Assembly: GCF_001194135.2 (NCBI RefSeq)
Contig: NC_068986.1
Location: 12,547,897-12,589,054 of the forward strand
DNA: 41,158 nucleotides
Direction: 5' to 3'
Source: Octopus bimaculoides
Lineage: Eukaryota
This document shows, in pieces, positions 12,857 to 24,952 of this stretch. Position 1 is the stretch's first letter; the number at the start of each line of letters is the position of its first letter. The position numbers and the translations under genes are program-made. A model generated the notes under the pieces. The model had not been told where the DNA came from, did no database searches, and worked only from the letters and a program-made list of their open reading frames with translations.

Positions 12857-13260
12857 AATGCCATTGGAATGCATAATCTGAGATAAACGTATATCATTTT
12901 ACTGAAAACATTTAGGTTTTGAAGTGCGAATGCAAACGGAAATGACATACTTAAAGATATAAACACAATATGGCGTTGCTATAATGGCGTATAATAATAA
13001 TATGGAAATCTATGCAACACATTATAATGTATAATAGTGAGGTAACACATACATACATTCTCGTATGTTACTCTAGTGAAATGTCATTGGAATATATATC
13101 AGCAACGATAAATGTATATCGCTTTCACTTCACACTAAACAGTCCTGCTTTTTTTTAAAGTATGAATGATGCAAACGGAAGTGACATATATAAAGATATA
13201 AACAGAAAATATAGAATAGCGATGATAATGTATAATAGTATGGGAGACATATGCATCGCA
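12857..13260. repeat. Diverged two-copy tandem duplication, period about 225-240 bp
   Basis: AATG(C/T)CATTGGAAT at 12857 and 13080; ATGCAAACGGAA(A/G)TGACATA...AAAGATATAAAC at about 12931 and 13170. Confidence 0.75.
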
Positions 13261-13368
13261 TCACGCAGGTTCAAGCGCCATCTTTAGAAAATAAATCTCT
13301 CATGAATTTTTAACATCAAGATCTGACAGTTATAGAGCTAAGATGGTTTATAGTTGAAAATTTCATTA

Positions 13369-13401
<33 letters not shown>

Positions 13402-13402
13402 G

Positions 13403-13626
13403 TTTCGAATTTTGCCACAAAGGCAGCCATCTGTTGGAAGGAGATGAGTACTTAATTTATCGACCCCCGAAAGGATGAAAGGCAAAGTCACCCTCAGCGG
13501 AATTTGAACACAGAACGTAAAGAAGGAAGAAATACTGCTGAGCATTTCGTCCAGTTAGCTAACGATTCTGCCAGCTCAGTGCCGTAGATAATAATAATAA
13601 TAATAATAATAATAATNNNNNNNNNN

Positions 13627-13693
<67 letters not shown>

Positions 13694-13902
13694 GTTCAAA
13701 ATTCTGGAATAAGGTCAATAGTTTTTTTGGGAAAAGAGAGTTTTCGTCAGTTCTTTCGATCTCAGGACTTGTCTGGTACTTTTATTTTATCGACTACGAA
13801 AAGAGGAAAGGTAAAGCTGATTCCAACGGGATTTGTTCTAATGATGTAAAAAGCGGAAACACCACCAGTTATTTAGTCGGAGACTCAAATGATTCTGCCA
13901 GA
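13403..13902 (-). mobile_element. SINE family A, two copies embedded in (AAT)n tracts
   Basis: Copies at about 13403-13585 and 13695-13902, flanked and separated by (AAT)n at 13369-13402 and 13588-13694. Confidence 0.8.
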
Positions 13903-14195
13903 TATAATCAAATTCAAATATAATTAAATTCAAATAAAACAAAATTCATTGACATCACTTCATTGTATAGAAACACGAATACTAACACACAAACACTCAC
14001 ACACACAAACACACACATACACACACATAAACAGGTTTTAATCACAAATCACAACAATTGTTTCTCTGCATTGGTGACAACTGTTGCTGAATTTTCCATA
14101 TCATACAATAACATAAAATATTATATAAACATGATCCAACAATAGCTGTGTACTCGCACGTCATCAGGTGAGTGGCTTTGAGAGTATTGCATTCA

Positions 14196-14321
<126 letters not shown>

Positions 14322-14604
14322 TGTATACACACACGCATACACACACATGTATGTGTGTGTATCTGTTTGTTTGTATCTACAATCGCTTCTTGTACGGAAG
14401 TGCCGCCTTCGGAGCCGTATGGAATAAGCTACCCCTTACATCTAATACAGGTAATGCTTAGCGTCAGGAAGGGCATCCGGCTGTTTAGACATTTCCTCGG
14501 CTTACATACTCGTCTAGTCAATGAAATCGTAGGAAAAGATACGTAAAACGAACGAAACACGAACACCTCTTCACGCACAAATGATATATACTTTTATGTC
14601 GGAA

Positions 14605-14815
14605 TGGTTTCAAATTTTGGTAGAAAGTTAGTAACTTTTAGATGGTACAAGTATATTTCATCGACTCCAGCGCACGACAGGTACTTATTTTATTGACCCC
14701 AAAATGACGAAAGGCACAGACGATCTCAGTGGGATTTGAACTCAGAAAGTAAGCCGGAAGAAATGCCGCTAAGCATTTTGCCTGACGGTGTAACGATTGT
14801 GCCAACTGACCGACT
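14605..14815 (-). mobile_element. SINE family A
   Basis: GGTACTTATTTTATTGACCCC...GGGATTTGAACTCAGAA...AAATGCCGCTAAGCATTTTG. Confidence 0.8.
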
Positions 14816-15139
14816 TTCGTCGAATTATAATACTAAAAATAAGAAAATGAAGATTAACCTGAAGAATTACACAATACTTCTTCTAGAGTATATTTACTAT
14901 TTATTGTTCATTTATAATTTGCAAGAAATGGGTGACAGTAACTTTGAAGTCTCAGCCTGCTATCTTCCACCGTCTCTCTCCTCTTTTCTGCGTGTGTGCG
15001 CGCGTGCGTGCATGTGTGCGTGTGTGTGCTTGCGCGCGCGTGTATGTGCTTGCATATGTGTCTCTCTGTCTATGTGCGTGTGTGTGTGTGAGAGTGTGTG
15101 TTTCGTGCGTGCACGCGCACGCGTGTATTAAATGAGTTG

Positions 15140-15298
15140 AAATTCCACATTCTGAGTTCAAATTCCACCGAGGCCCACTTTTCTTTTTATCCTTTCGGGC
15201 TCCATGAATTAAATACCAGTTGAGTCCTGGGGTTGATCTACTCGGCTGGCCCCTTCCCCCAAAATTTCGGGCCTTGTTCCTAGAGTTGTAAAGATTAT
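15140..15298 (+). mobile_element. SINE family A, 5'-truncated
   Basis: CATTCTGAGTTCAAATTCCACCGAGG...CCTTCCCCCAAAATTTCGGGCCTTGTTCCTAGAGTTGTAAAGATTAT. Confidence 0.8.
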
Positions 15299-16039
15299 AC
15301 ACTATGTAAAAATGTCTATCAATTCAGTTTTTATTCCTGTTTATAACAAACATTATTCACTCACATGAGAACGTTTATGGTTAGAAAATTAGAAATACAT
15401 TGCAAAATTTATAATTTTCTTCTAATATCTTTTGAATCAGAACGATATTGACGCTGTGATGTCTCTACATTTTCTACCAATCTCACATGTTTTTATCTAT
15501 TTTATATTGTCTTTACTATTGATAAACGTTCCCATTTACTATTTATATAAATATATAAATATATAAATATTCTCCTTTGAAAATATGAATATTGATTTTG
15601 TTTTTAATGATAATTCACTACCTCCGATGCACTATTAATAATTATTTAGCCAGGCACCGTGCGATAAATAGAATGAATCCTTTGACCTTTAATATTCGGC
15701 GTCGGTCGGTGCATTACCATTAATTTAATGACAATTACATTGGTGTTAATACAAGCTGTGACATTCATGCTTTTCCCAGGGTTATTAATGGAATAAATTA
15801 TGGAATATCTACACACGGTGTCGAGAACAGATTGCAGAATGAGTTCGTTTGATGCTTACCATTCTCTCGTTGGTTTTCGCCTCCTATCTGCCACACACAT
15901 GGAGCATAACTACTCATAAAGCATGGCTGCTCAAGCGTTTTAAGTATAGCTGAAAACCTTTTCAGTGACCCCCCCCTCCAGTTTCCATGCTACGATTCAA
16001 CACTTTCTTCTATTTCCGCATTTTGATGTACGTATGTAT

Positions 16040-16420
16040 AGGTGCAGACATAGACGTGTGGTTAAGTCGCCCGCTTTCTAATCACGTGGCTTCAGATTCT
16101 GTCACACTGTACGGCACCTTAGACAAATGTCTGCTACTCTAGCCCCGGGACGACCAATGTCTTGTAGGTGAACTGAAAGACGGAAACTGTGTGGAATCCC
16201 GTCCCATGTGTGTGTGTGTGTTTGTGTGTATGTGCCTGAGCTTGTTCACGCACCACTTGACAACCACTGCTTGATTGCTTACGTCCCTCGTAACTTGGCG
16301 ATTCTCCAAAAGAGACCGATAGAATAAGCACCAGACTTTAAAAATATATGTAGCGTGGTCGATTTGTTCGCTTAAACGGTGCCCCAGCATGGCGGCAGTT
16401 CAGTGACTTTAAAAGGTAAA
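16040..16420 (+). mobile_element. SINE family B
   Basis: GTGTGGTTAAG head...GACGGAAACTG...GAGACCGATAGAATAAG...CCCCAGCATGGCGGCAG. Confidence 0.8.
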
Positions 16421-16619
16421 ATGCTGACAGTCAGAAAAGCTACCCATGTGTAAGAACGTAATCTTTTCTAGGGAAAGTTTATTTTCCAACACTTGATTTA
16501 ACTAAAACTTATTGTTGTGTGCAGCTTTGTGGATCTTTATGTTCTAGAAAGAGAAATCTTCTGTAATTTGGGGAGGTAACTTTAATTAGAGAAATCTTAG
16601 TTTTTATTCCCAGCTACGC

Positions 16620-16812
16620 TGGGAAAAATGCTTAGCGGCATTTCGTGTCTTTACGTTCTGAATTCCGTAAAAATTCTGCCGAAGTCGACTTTGCTTTTTA
16701 TCTCTTTCGGGATCGATAGAATAAGTACCAGTTGAGTTGCCATGGGACCGACGTAATTGACTTAAATCTCCCCTGAACTTGCTGGCCCTGCGCCAAAATT
16801 TGAAACCATTAT
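16620..16812 (+). mobile_element. SINE family A
   Basis: AAATGCTTAGCGGCATTTCG...GAAGTCGACTTTGC...GGATCGATAGAATAAGTACCAG...TTTGAAACCATTATT. Confidence 0.8.
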
Positions 16813-17716
16813 TACTCAGTTTGCTTATTGCGTTTTAGTAATGCAAAATAGTCAAAATAAACAGAGTTTTGTATTTCGAAGTCTTTTGTCGTCTTATATA
16901 TATTTGTATGTCTGTGACTTAAATAGTTGTCCTTCTCCATAATTAGCGTTAAAGGATCCCGCTAAAGGACAAGTGCCAACGGCTAAATGATCCAGTTCTT
17001 GAGGGGTTTGTTGCGTTACATCGTGTCACCGGTATTGCATCGTCTCTCATAACTCTTAAATGCTTGCGTCTGCTTCAATTTTGAACAACAGCAACAAATC
17101 ATTGCTGTTCAGTTAACTTCTAGCGTTTCAGTAAATTTCAACGGAAGGAAAAGTCATTTGTGATAATCAACATCTGACGTTCTCTCCAAGGGGGGGGGGG
17201 GAGCATTTCTCATCTCCCACGATGGTATGAATCCTTTAGATAAGAACCCACTGGCCCAGTGACATTCAAATGTATTTCAAATGACAGCAATTCCTCATAG
17301 TTGTCATGATTAAAACAGGTTGGGGATGTAGAGATAGATCAGGCTGTTTAAAATGTAAATAGAACCTATCTTTTGACAGGAGATTAGTTGCTCCGCTACA
17401 TATTCTGAAGATAAGGTATTGGCATGTTTATACCAAAGTTGATTCCCATCGATACACATCCCATTCCAAGAGATATCACCAACTTTCTACAGTTCTGTAA
17501 TTTTTCCATGAATTTTAAATCGGAAGTCAAGACGAAAACAGATGTTTGTTTGTGACAAAATTGTAAATATTGATATGGGATGTATCGGAAGATATTACAT
17601 TAACATTTCGCCAAATATAACACGAATGTCGATCTACTGTAAGGTTTCATCAAATATTAAACTGAAAGTTGGTAGGCTGTATGGGTAGATAGATAGATAG
17701 ATATATATATATATAT

Positions 17717-17770
<54 letters not shown>

Positions 17771-18423
17771 GAACACACATACAAATAAACAGATAGAGAG
17801 ACAAGCAGAGAAATAAACAGAGATGAATTGATAAGCAGGATCTATTTGTTGGAATGACTTGCAACTCAGGAGGATAAGTATGCGCGCGCATCAATTACAC
17901 TCGCTTTCACGTTATTTCTGCCCCTCTCTCACTTCTCTCAGTCTCTCTACCTCTCTCTTCTTTTCTCTCTCTCTTATTAACGTCACGTCTGCCCTTTCAC
18001 CATATTTAGCTAAAATATCAGTCACTCTACGTGTCCTATGCAAACTTCAATTACAAATTACCCCCCCCCCCTCACTCACTCTTTTCTCCCTCTCACCTCC
18101 ACAACAACTCAATCTCTCTCTCTCACATTCTTACCATTTCTAACGCCCACTCTTCTTAACAAACTTATTCTCTTTTTCTTCATTTCCCCTCCCTCCATAT
18201 TATCTTGTCTTTCCCTTTATTGCTCATCCCCTTACTCAAAGCCTTCTTTTTACTCCCACTCCCTATATCTCATAGTTTCTCTTTCCAACTCACGCTCCGC
18301 TTCCTCTTCATTTAATAAAATATTCACTCACTACTTCTGACAATTAGTTCTGTTATTATCTATTTGGTTCACACACATACACGCCTGTATATGTACGTGT
18401 GTGTATGTGTGTGTATGTGTGTG

Positions 18424-18454
<31 letters not shown>

Positions 18455-18683
18455 TTACATATCACGAGATCACGTGATCGACAAGACTATCAGATGTAGT
18501 TGTATATCGCTGGTCATAATGCACTTTAGCACTGTTTTAGCCTTGGAATGACCGATTGAAAGGGGACTGGGCCAATATGAAATGAAGTGCTTTACTCAAG
18601 AATACAACGCTCTCCCCTGTTAAGGAAGCGAACCCACGATCTAGCGATCGTGAGTGCAACTGCTTAACCACTAGGCCACGAGC
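18455..18683 (-). mobile_element. SINE family C-related copy
   Basis: GAAATGAAGTGCTTTACTCAAGAATACAACG...GAACCCACGATCTAGCGATCG...TAACCACTAGGCCACG (tRNA-like head on the minus strand). Confidence 0.7.
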
Positions 18684-19469
18684 NNNNNNNNNNNNNNNNN
18701 NNNNNNNNNNNNNNNNNNNNNNNNNNNNNNNNNNNNNNNNNNNNNNNNNNNNNNNNNNNNNNNNNNNNNNNNNNNNNNNNNNNNNNNNNNNNNNNNNNNN
18801 NNNNNNNNNNNNNNNNNNNNNNNNATATATATATATATATATATATACGGGGGGTGTATGGATGTATGTATGGAGGGAAGGATGTATCTTCTATTTTTTA
18901 ATTATTATAAATCTTCCACTGAGGAGGGAGCCGGTTTCCAACAAGGATACAAGACTCCATCTTGGGATGTAGTTAACACAGACAAATTCCCATTTGCATA
19001 TTTTACTGTTCCACTCACTGATTGCACTTGTAATGTACGAATTAACCGGTCGATTTCTCATTCTGAAAATCATAGTTTATCCAGATTCTCCTTTAAGCAT
19101 TTTCTAACAAAAACCTAGTGCTCCAATTATTATTGGTATGAATATGAATTCATAGTCTGGATATAGAATCTGAAGGTTTCGAAGCAATTGTCGTTAGATA
19201 TCCTCTTTTTCTTTCATTTTCAAAGAGATATTTATACCTGCTGGGCATATAAATGATATATACCTTTGCACCTCCGTCCTAAACAACACTATCCGGCCTG
19301 CTATGTTTACATTTGTCAGAAGTTTTGATGGGAATATTACACCAGTATCCCTTGAGTTGGTGTTTATGAATGTATTCCAATGTATTCCATACATGTATGT
19401 ATATATATATATGTATATTCCATGTATGTATGTATAGATATGTGCGTGAGTGTATGTATGAATATATAT

Positions 19470-19554
19470 GTATGTATAAATTTCCTAATATTACCAGCCG
19501 TGACAAAAGCATGTCTGCAAAGCTACCCGTCATATGACGGGTAGCTTTTTCTAA
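19470..19554 (+). mobile_element. Helitron-like 3' terminus
   Basis: Hairpin CCCGTCATATGACGGG, 9 nt, then CTAA followed by T (19551-55), matching the hairpin-CTRR|T rule. The 5' end was not identified. Confidence 0.5.
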
Positions 19555-19604
19555 TCACATGACGAATACCACTATAAAGTAAAGATAATTACAAGTCATA
19601 CTGG

Positions 19605-19805
19605 TTTCAAATTTTGGCACAAAGCAGCAGTTGCGGGGCGAGTGCTAAGTCGATTAAATCAACGCCAGTACTCAACTGATAATTATTTTATTGACCCCGA
19701 AAAGATGAAAGACAAAGTCAATCTCAGCGGAATTTGAACCCTGAGCGCAAAAGATGGATAAAATACCGCTAAGCATTTTACCCGCGCTCACGATTTTGCC
19801 AGCGT
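19605..19805 (-). mobile_element. SINE family A
   Basis: TTGACCCCGAAAAGATGAAAGACAAAGTC...GGAATTTGAACC...AAATACCGCTAAGCATTT. Confidence 0.8.
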
Positions 19806-19817
19806 TTTTACTAGTTA

Positions 19818-20197
19818 CAGTAACCCCTCGCCATATCGCGGTTCACCTATCGCGGTTCACCAATCGCATTTCACCTATCGCGGTTCACCCATCGCAGTTC
19901 ACCTATCGCGATTCACCGATCGCGGTTCACCAATCACATTTCACCTATCGCGGTTCACCCATCGCAGTTCACCTATCGCGATTCACCTTTCGCGGTTCAC
20001 CTATCGCAGTATAGTATTTAAGCTTACGTCATTTCCTCCGTGGTGTTGTTTTGCATTTATAATAAAATAGATATAAATAAATTATAAAAAAAATAATAAA
20101 AGCAAATATGCAGTACAGTACTCTTTCTACTTCGACGATTTCCACCTATCACGCGAGGTTTTGGGGCATACCACCCGCGATAGCCGAGAGATTACTG
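19818..20197. mobile_element. pogo/Tigger-like MITE with an internal 14-bp minisatellite
   Basis: TIRs CAGTAACCCCTCGCCATATCGCGG and CCGCGATAGCCGAGAGATTACTG, each flanked by TA (19816-17, 20198-99). Confidence 0.75.
19837..20004. repeat. 14-bp CpG-rich minisatellite (CGCGGTTCACCTAT)x12 with a 70-bp higher-order repeat
   Basis: Units read directly. The variant order B-C-D-E-F repeats at 19851-19920 and 19921-19990. Confidence 0.95.
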
Positions 20198-20379
20198 TAT
20201 ATATTGAAATTCATTAATTGCTCTCATTCTCTGAAAATGTGTGACATGGTGCTATAATCTAAGAAATCCTCATTAATAGCAAGGAACGGCATGCACTTGG
20301 TGATTATTCATGACAAGGTATATATATNNNNNNNNNNTGTGTGTGTACATATATAAAACCTCCCTAAGAGACTGAATAA

Positions 20380-20612
20380 TCCATTAAGTCCCAGAGTACT
20401 TAAATTTCTGAATATTACTTTTAAATTTTTACAGATGATTGAAAATAGATTAAAATGAAAAAAAAAAAAAATAATAATTACTAAAACTCCTTTACTTCAA
20501 GAAGAAATAAAAATACTCGGTGTCCTAGAAATAGGACACTGAGACAATGTGATATAGCTTATTTAATGTTCTCATTTAGTATCCTATTTATAGGACAGTG
20601 GGATTTAATGGG
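20380..20612. mobile_element. piggyBac-like MITE, degenerate
   Basis: Left ATAA-TCCATTAAGTCCCAG; right GTGGGATTTAATGGG-TTAG (inverted, with decayed TTAA sites). Internal hairpin GTGTCCTA-GAAA-TAGGACAC at 20520-39 is related to the right subterminal sequence. Confidence 0.55.
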
Positions 20613-20639
20613 TTAGAAACGAAAACAGGTGTTATTTTA

Positions 20640-20870
20640 TTATTCTATTACTGGTTTCAGCCAGAGACCGTGGCTACTCTGGATTACTTCTAGTAGTGTT
20701 ACTTGTGTTAATCATTAGAATGCTGGAGCACTGCGTTGAAGTATATTTAATTGAATGAAGTATATTTAATTGAATGACCCCAAGACTTATTTCTTTAAAG
20801 CCAGGTACTTATTCTATCACATACCAACACCGGTTGTCAAGTTGTGGTGAGAGACGAAAACAGACACAAA
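20640..20870 (-). mobile_element. SINE family B, 3' part, decayed
   Basis: CCGTGGCTACTCTGG...TGACCCCAAGACTTATTTC...GGTACTTATTCTATC...CCGGTTGTCAAG. Confidence 0.65.
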
Positions 20871-20902
20871 GGCACACACACACACACACGCATAGATATC
20901 TT

Positions 20903-20955
<53 letters not shown>

Positions 20956-21769
20956 GNNNNNNNNNNNNNNNNNNNNNNNNNNNNNNNNNNNNNNNNNNNN
21001 NNNNNNNNNNNNNNNNNNNNNNNNNNNNNNNNNNNNNNNNNNNNNNNNNNNNNNNNNNNNNNNNNNNNNNNNNNNNNNNNNNNNNNNNNNNNNNNNNNNN
21101 NNNNNNNNNNNNNNNNNNNNNNNNNNNNNNNNNNNNNNNNNNNNNNNNNNNNNNNNNNNNNNNNNNNNNNNNNNNNNNNNNNNNNNNNNNNNNNNNNNNN
21201 NNNNNNNNNNNNNNNNNNNNNNNNNNNNNNNNNNNNNNNNNNNNNNNNNNNNNNNNNNNNNNNNNNNNNNNNNNNNNNNNNNNNNNNNNNNNNNNNNNNN
21301 NNNNNNNNNNNNNNNNNNNNNNNNNNNNNNNNNNNNNNNNNNNNNNNNNNNNNNNNNNNNNNNNNNNNNNNNNNNNNNNNNNNNNNNNNNNNNNNNNNNN
21401 NNNNNNNNNNNNNNNNNNNNNNNNNNNNNNNNNNNNNNNNNNNNNNNNNNNNNNNNNNNNNNNNNNNNNNNNNNNNNNNNNNNNNNNNNNNNNNNNNNNN
21501 NNNNNNNNNNNNNNNNNNNNNNNNNNNNNNNNNNNNNNNNNNNNNNNNNNNNNNNNNNNNNNNNCCCCCCCCCCCCCCTCACTAGATTTTGCCCTGGTTA
21601 CAATGCCAGGCCAGAATGTATAATCCATATCCTGTGTGCACTTTTACTTACAGACGAACTTTAGAGGCGTTAAGTTATAAACGTATCCAGAGCTATCCAC
21701 CGCAGTCCTCGCTATGTAATAATCAACACTTTACGATTGTAAAGTTTTGTAGTTCAAATAACTGAAGAC

Positions 21770-22530
21770 GGCGACGCATTTGCAGAATGGTTAAAACGTC
21801 AGGAACAATCACTTTGCGATGTTTGTTCTGGTTCTTTACAATCTGAGTTCAAATCTCGCTGAGGTCAGTCTTGCCTTTTATCCTTTCAGGGTCAAAATGC
21901 TTAGCGGTATTTCGTTTGCCGCTACGTTCCCGCCGAAGTCAACTTTGCCTTTCATCCTTTCAGGGTCGATAAATTAAGTACCAGTTAGACACTGGGGTCG
22001 ATGTAATCGACTTATCCCCTCCCCTAAAGTTTCAGGTCCTTGTGCCTGTAGTAGAAAGGATTAAAAGGACGGAAACCCGGTGAACTGGCGGAATCGTTAG
22101 CACACCGGGCGAAATGCTTAGCAGTATTTCGTTCGTCTTCATGTTCTGAGTTCAAATCCCGCCGAAGTCGACTTTGCCTTTCATCCTTTCGAGGTCGCTG
22201 AAATAGTTAATCGACTTAACCCCCCTCCCCCACAATTTCAAGCCTTCTGCCTATTCGTAGAAAGGATTATTAATAGGACGGAAGGCGGTGAGCTAGCGGA
22301 ATCGTTACCGCGTCTGGCGAAATGGTTAGCAGCATTTTTGCCACCTCTTTATGTTTTAAATTCTCTTCTTGCCCGTCATCCTTTACCATTCATCCTTTAC
22401 CATTCATCCTTTACCCTTCATCTTTTGCCATTCATCCTTTAGGAATCAATAAAATAGCATAACAGTCAAGCCGATGCGATAGACTTAGCTCTTCCACTCA
22501 AAACTGCTGGCCTTGTGCCTAAATCAGAAG
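21770..22530 (+). mobile_element. SINE family A, cluster of about four same-orientation copies
   Basis: Repeated heads (GGCGGAATCGTTAGC/ACC at about 22087 and 22297), B-box-like GAGTTCAAAT, and CTTTGCCTTTCATCCTTTC. That motif is locally expanded into a ~15-bp tandem at 22380-22440. Confidence 0.85.
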
Positions 22531-23638
22531 CTGTTGTCGTTGTTGCTCTTATTGTTGGGTCCCAAGGCAATCCTGACCGAGCAGATTCATTATTAAAAGC
22601 GTCCATTCCACGTCCATTCCGTCATTTATTTTCTATTCTGGATTTAGAACCACATTCTATACAATGTGTTCTTCATTTCTCATAACCGGATGGTATGATA
22701 TGAGGGAAACCGATTCCAATTTCCGGCAGACGAAGCATTCGTGTACATCTATCAATCTCTTCCATCTCTTCGTAGCAACTGCTTTAAATACTTGTCAGGA
22801 TTAATGTTGCTATAACTGTTGCGATTTCTGATGCAATTAAGAGTGCAAACAGCGTCAACAGAACATCTAAGGCACAACAAACCTATATCAGAAACATTAA
22901 CGGTTGCTATCACTGTAATTGCCGTTGTTGTTATAAGTCTTGTTGCGTTTTCTGTTGCGATTACTGCAGCAATGGCGATTGCTAACAGTATCAACGCAGC
23001 AGCTACGATAAAACGAACCGTACCTATTTTACGATCGTCAATGGTTGCTATTATTGTGAATGTTGTTGCAATTGATTTTGATAGTTTTTCTTTTTGATTT
23101 TGTCTCTGTTGAGTCATCTGTTCAGCTCTGTTTGAGCGTGAACCTTCACATAAATAGACATTCATCAAATCATATGAGTCTTGTTCTTAATCGTGACTTT
23201 CCATAATTGCCTTTCAATATATTTTTGTCGTCTCTTTAAACCTATCTTTATGAATAGCTTACGATATTCCTAAACCATAAATATTTCTATTATTTTTATT
23301 CTGTTATTATTATTACTATCATTATTATTGTTGTTGGTGTTGTTATTATTATTATTGTTATTATTATTATTCCAATCACGTTTTACATCGTATAGCGAGA
23401 GGGAGAAAATGATGGAGAGAGAGAGAGAGAAAGAAAGAGAGTAAAAGGCAGTAAAAGAGTGTAAAAGAGGGGATTATCACACGAGCTACAAGATGAGTTC
23501 ACATACTAGGCTGCTTGTTAGGCAATGAGTAAATGTACGCTACACGCGTGCAGAGAGAATGAGTTACAGGGACTGAGAAGATTTCTCTCTCCCTCTCTTT
23601 CTCTCGTTATCTCCCTCTCTCTCTCTCACTCTCTCTCA

Positions 23639-23706
<68 letters not shown>

Positions 23707-23855
23707 ATGTTGTGTGCATATATGTATATATGTATGTATGTGTGTATGTATGTATGTATGTGTGTATGTATGTATGTATGTATGTATGTATGTATGTATG
23801 TATGTTTGTATGTACTTACGTATGTATGTATGCATGCATGTATATATGTGTATAT

Positions 23856-23907
<52 letters not shown>

Positions 23908-24299
23908 AGAGAGAATAAACGTGTGTGAGTGAGAGCGAGTAACTTTCTTGGTATAAATCTACATAGAGTCATTTTGTTTTCAATTAACGTTTTTTCTTCT
24001 TTTTAATATTATTTAATTTAATATTATTTTAAGAAAAAAGAAACGTTTCTTTTGGAAATTAGAACTTATTTCATCATTCTGTGCAAGCAGCAAGACAGTT
24101 GATAAAAGTTATATTATAATCACTTCATGTGTGTCATATTACCTGATATTATCTATGGTGATAAAGATATACTTCCTGAGTTACCTGCCGTATGATGAGT
24201 AACACTTTAGATTCATAATAAAACATTAAGAAAAAAAGAAATTACGTGAACCTTTTGAAGTATAATTTACAATAAGAATATTCAGTCTCTGGCCAACAA

Positions 24300-24425
24300 C
24301 ATGTGAAGGAGCTTGACCGAGGTGTTATGATGTTCAGCTGACGATCACAAAGTCTTAGGATCAATTCCTTGACTGGCTGGCGTGTTATGTTCTTGAGCAA
24401 GGCTATTTATCTCATATTGTTCCAT
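24300..24425 (+). mobile_element. SINE family C-related head fragment
   Basis: GTTCTTGAGCAAGGCTATTTATCTCATATTGTTCCA is the inverse of 24855-24895. Confidence 0.6.
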
Positions 24426-24427
24426 AC

Positions 24428-24534
<107 letters not shown>

Positions 24535-24639
24535 ACGGTAGCACATCCTGCCGATGGGTTAAACGCTGGAAGAGAGTCGAGAAGGTCTAACCACGACTAC
24601 ATAGGCACCTACGAAAATCAGTGAAAGCATGGTACATAT

Positions 24640-24952
24640 TAACTGGCACTGCATCGGTTACGCCGACGAGGGTTCCAGTTGATCCGATCAACCGGAAAGC
24701 TTGTTCGTAGAATGAACGTTCTAGTGGTTGAGTACTCCACAGACACACGTACTTTTAAGGTAGCTCTCAGGAAGATTCAGTGTTATTCAGAATGTGACAA
24801 GGCTGGCCCCTTGTGAATTACAGGTACAACTCATTTTTACCAGCTGAGTGGATTGGAACAACGTGAAATAAAGTGTCTTGCTCAAGGACACAATGCACAG
24901 TCCGGTATCGAATGATTGAGGGCCGAACTCTAACCACTAAGCCACGCTCCTT
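24640..24952 (-). mobile_element. SINE family C
   Basis: CGACGAGGGTTCCAGTTGATCCGATCAAC...GAGTACTCCACAGACAC...GTGACAAGGCTGGCCCC, inverse of the 26001 copy. Confidence 0.85.

Noticed and set aside
22752-23168. 138-aa and 92-aa Ala/Ile/Thr-rich ORFs on opposite strands
   Set aside because: A decayed trinucleotide (GTT/GCT/ATT-like) low-complexity tract open on both strands.
24190-24260. ATGATGA as a C/D snoRNA box C
   Set aside because: No box D (CTGA) or terminal stem at a plausible distance.
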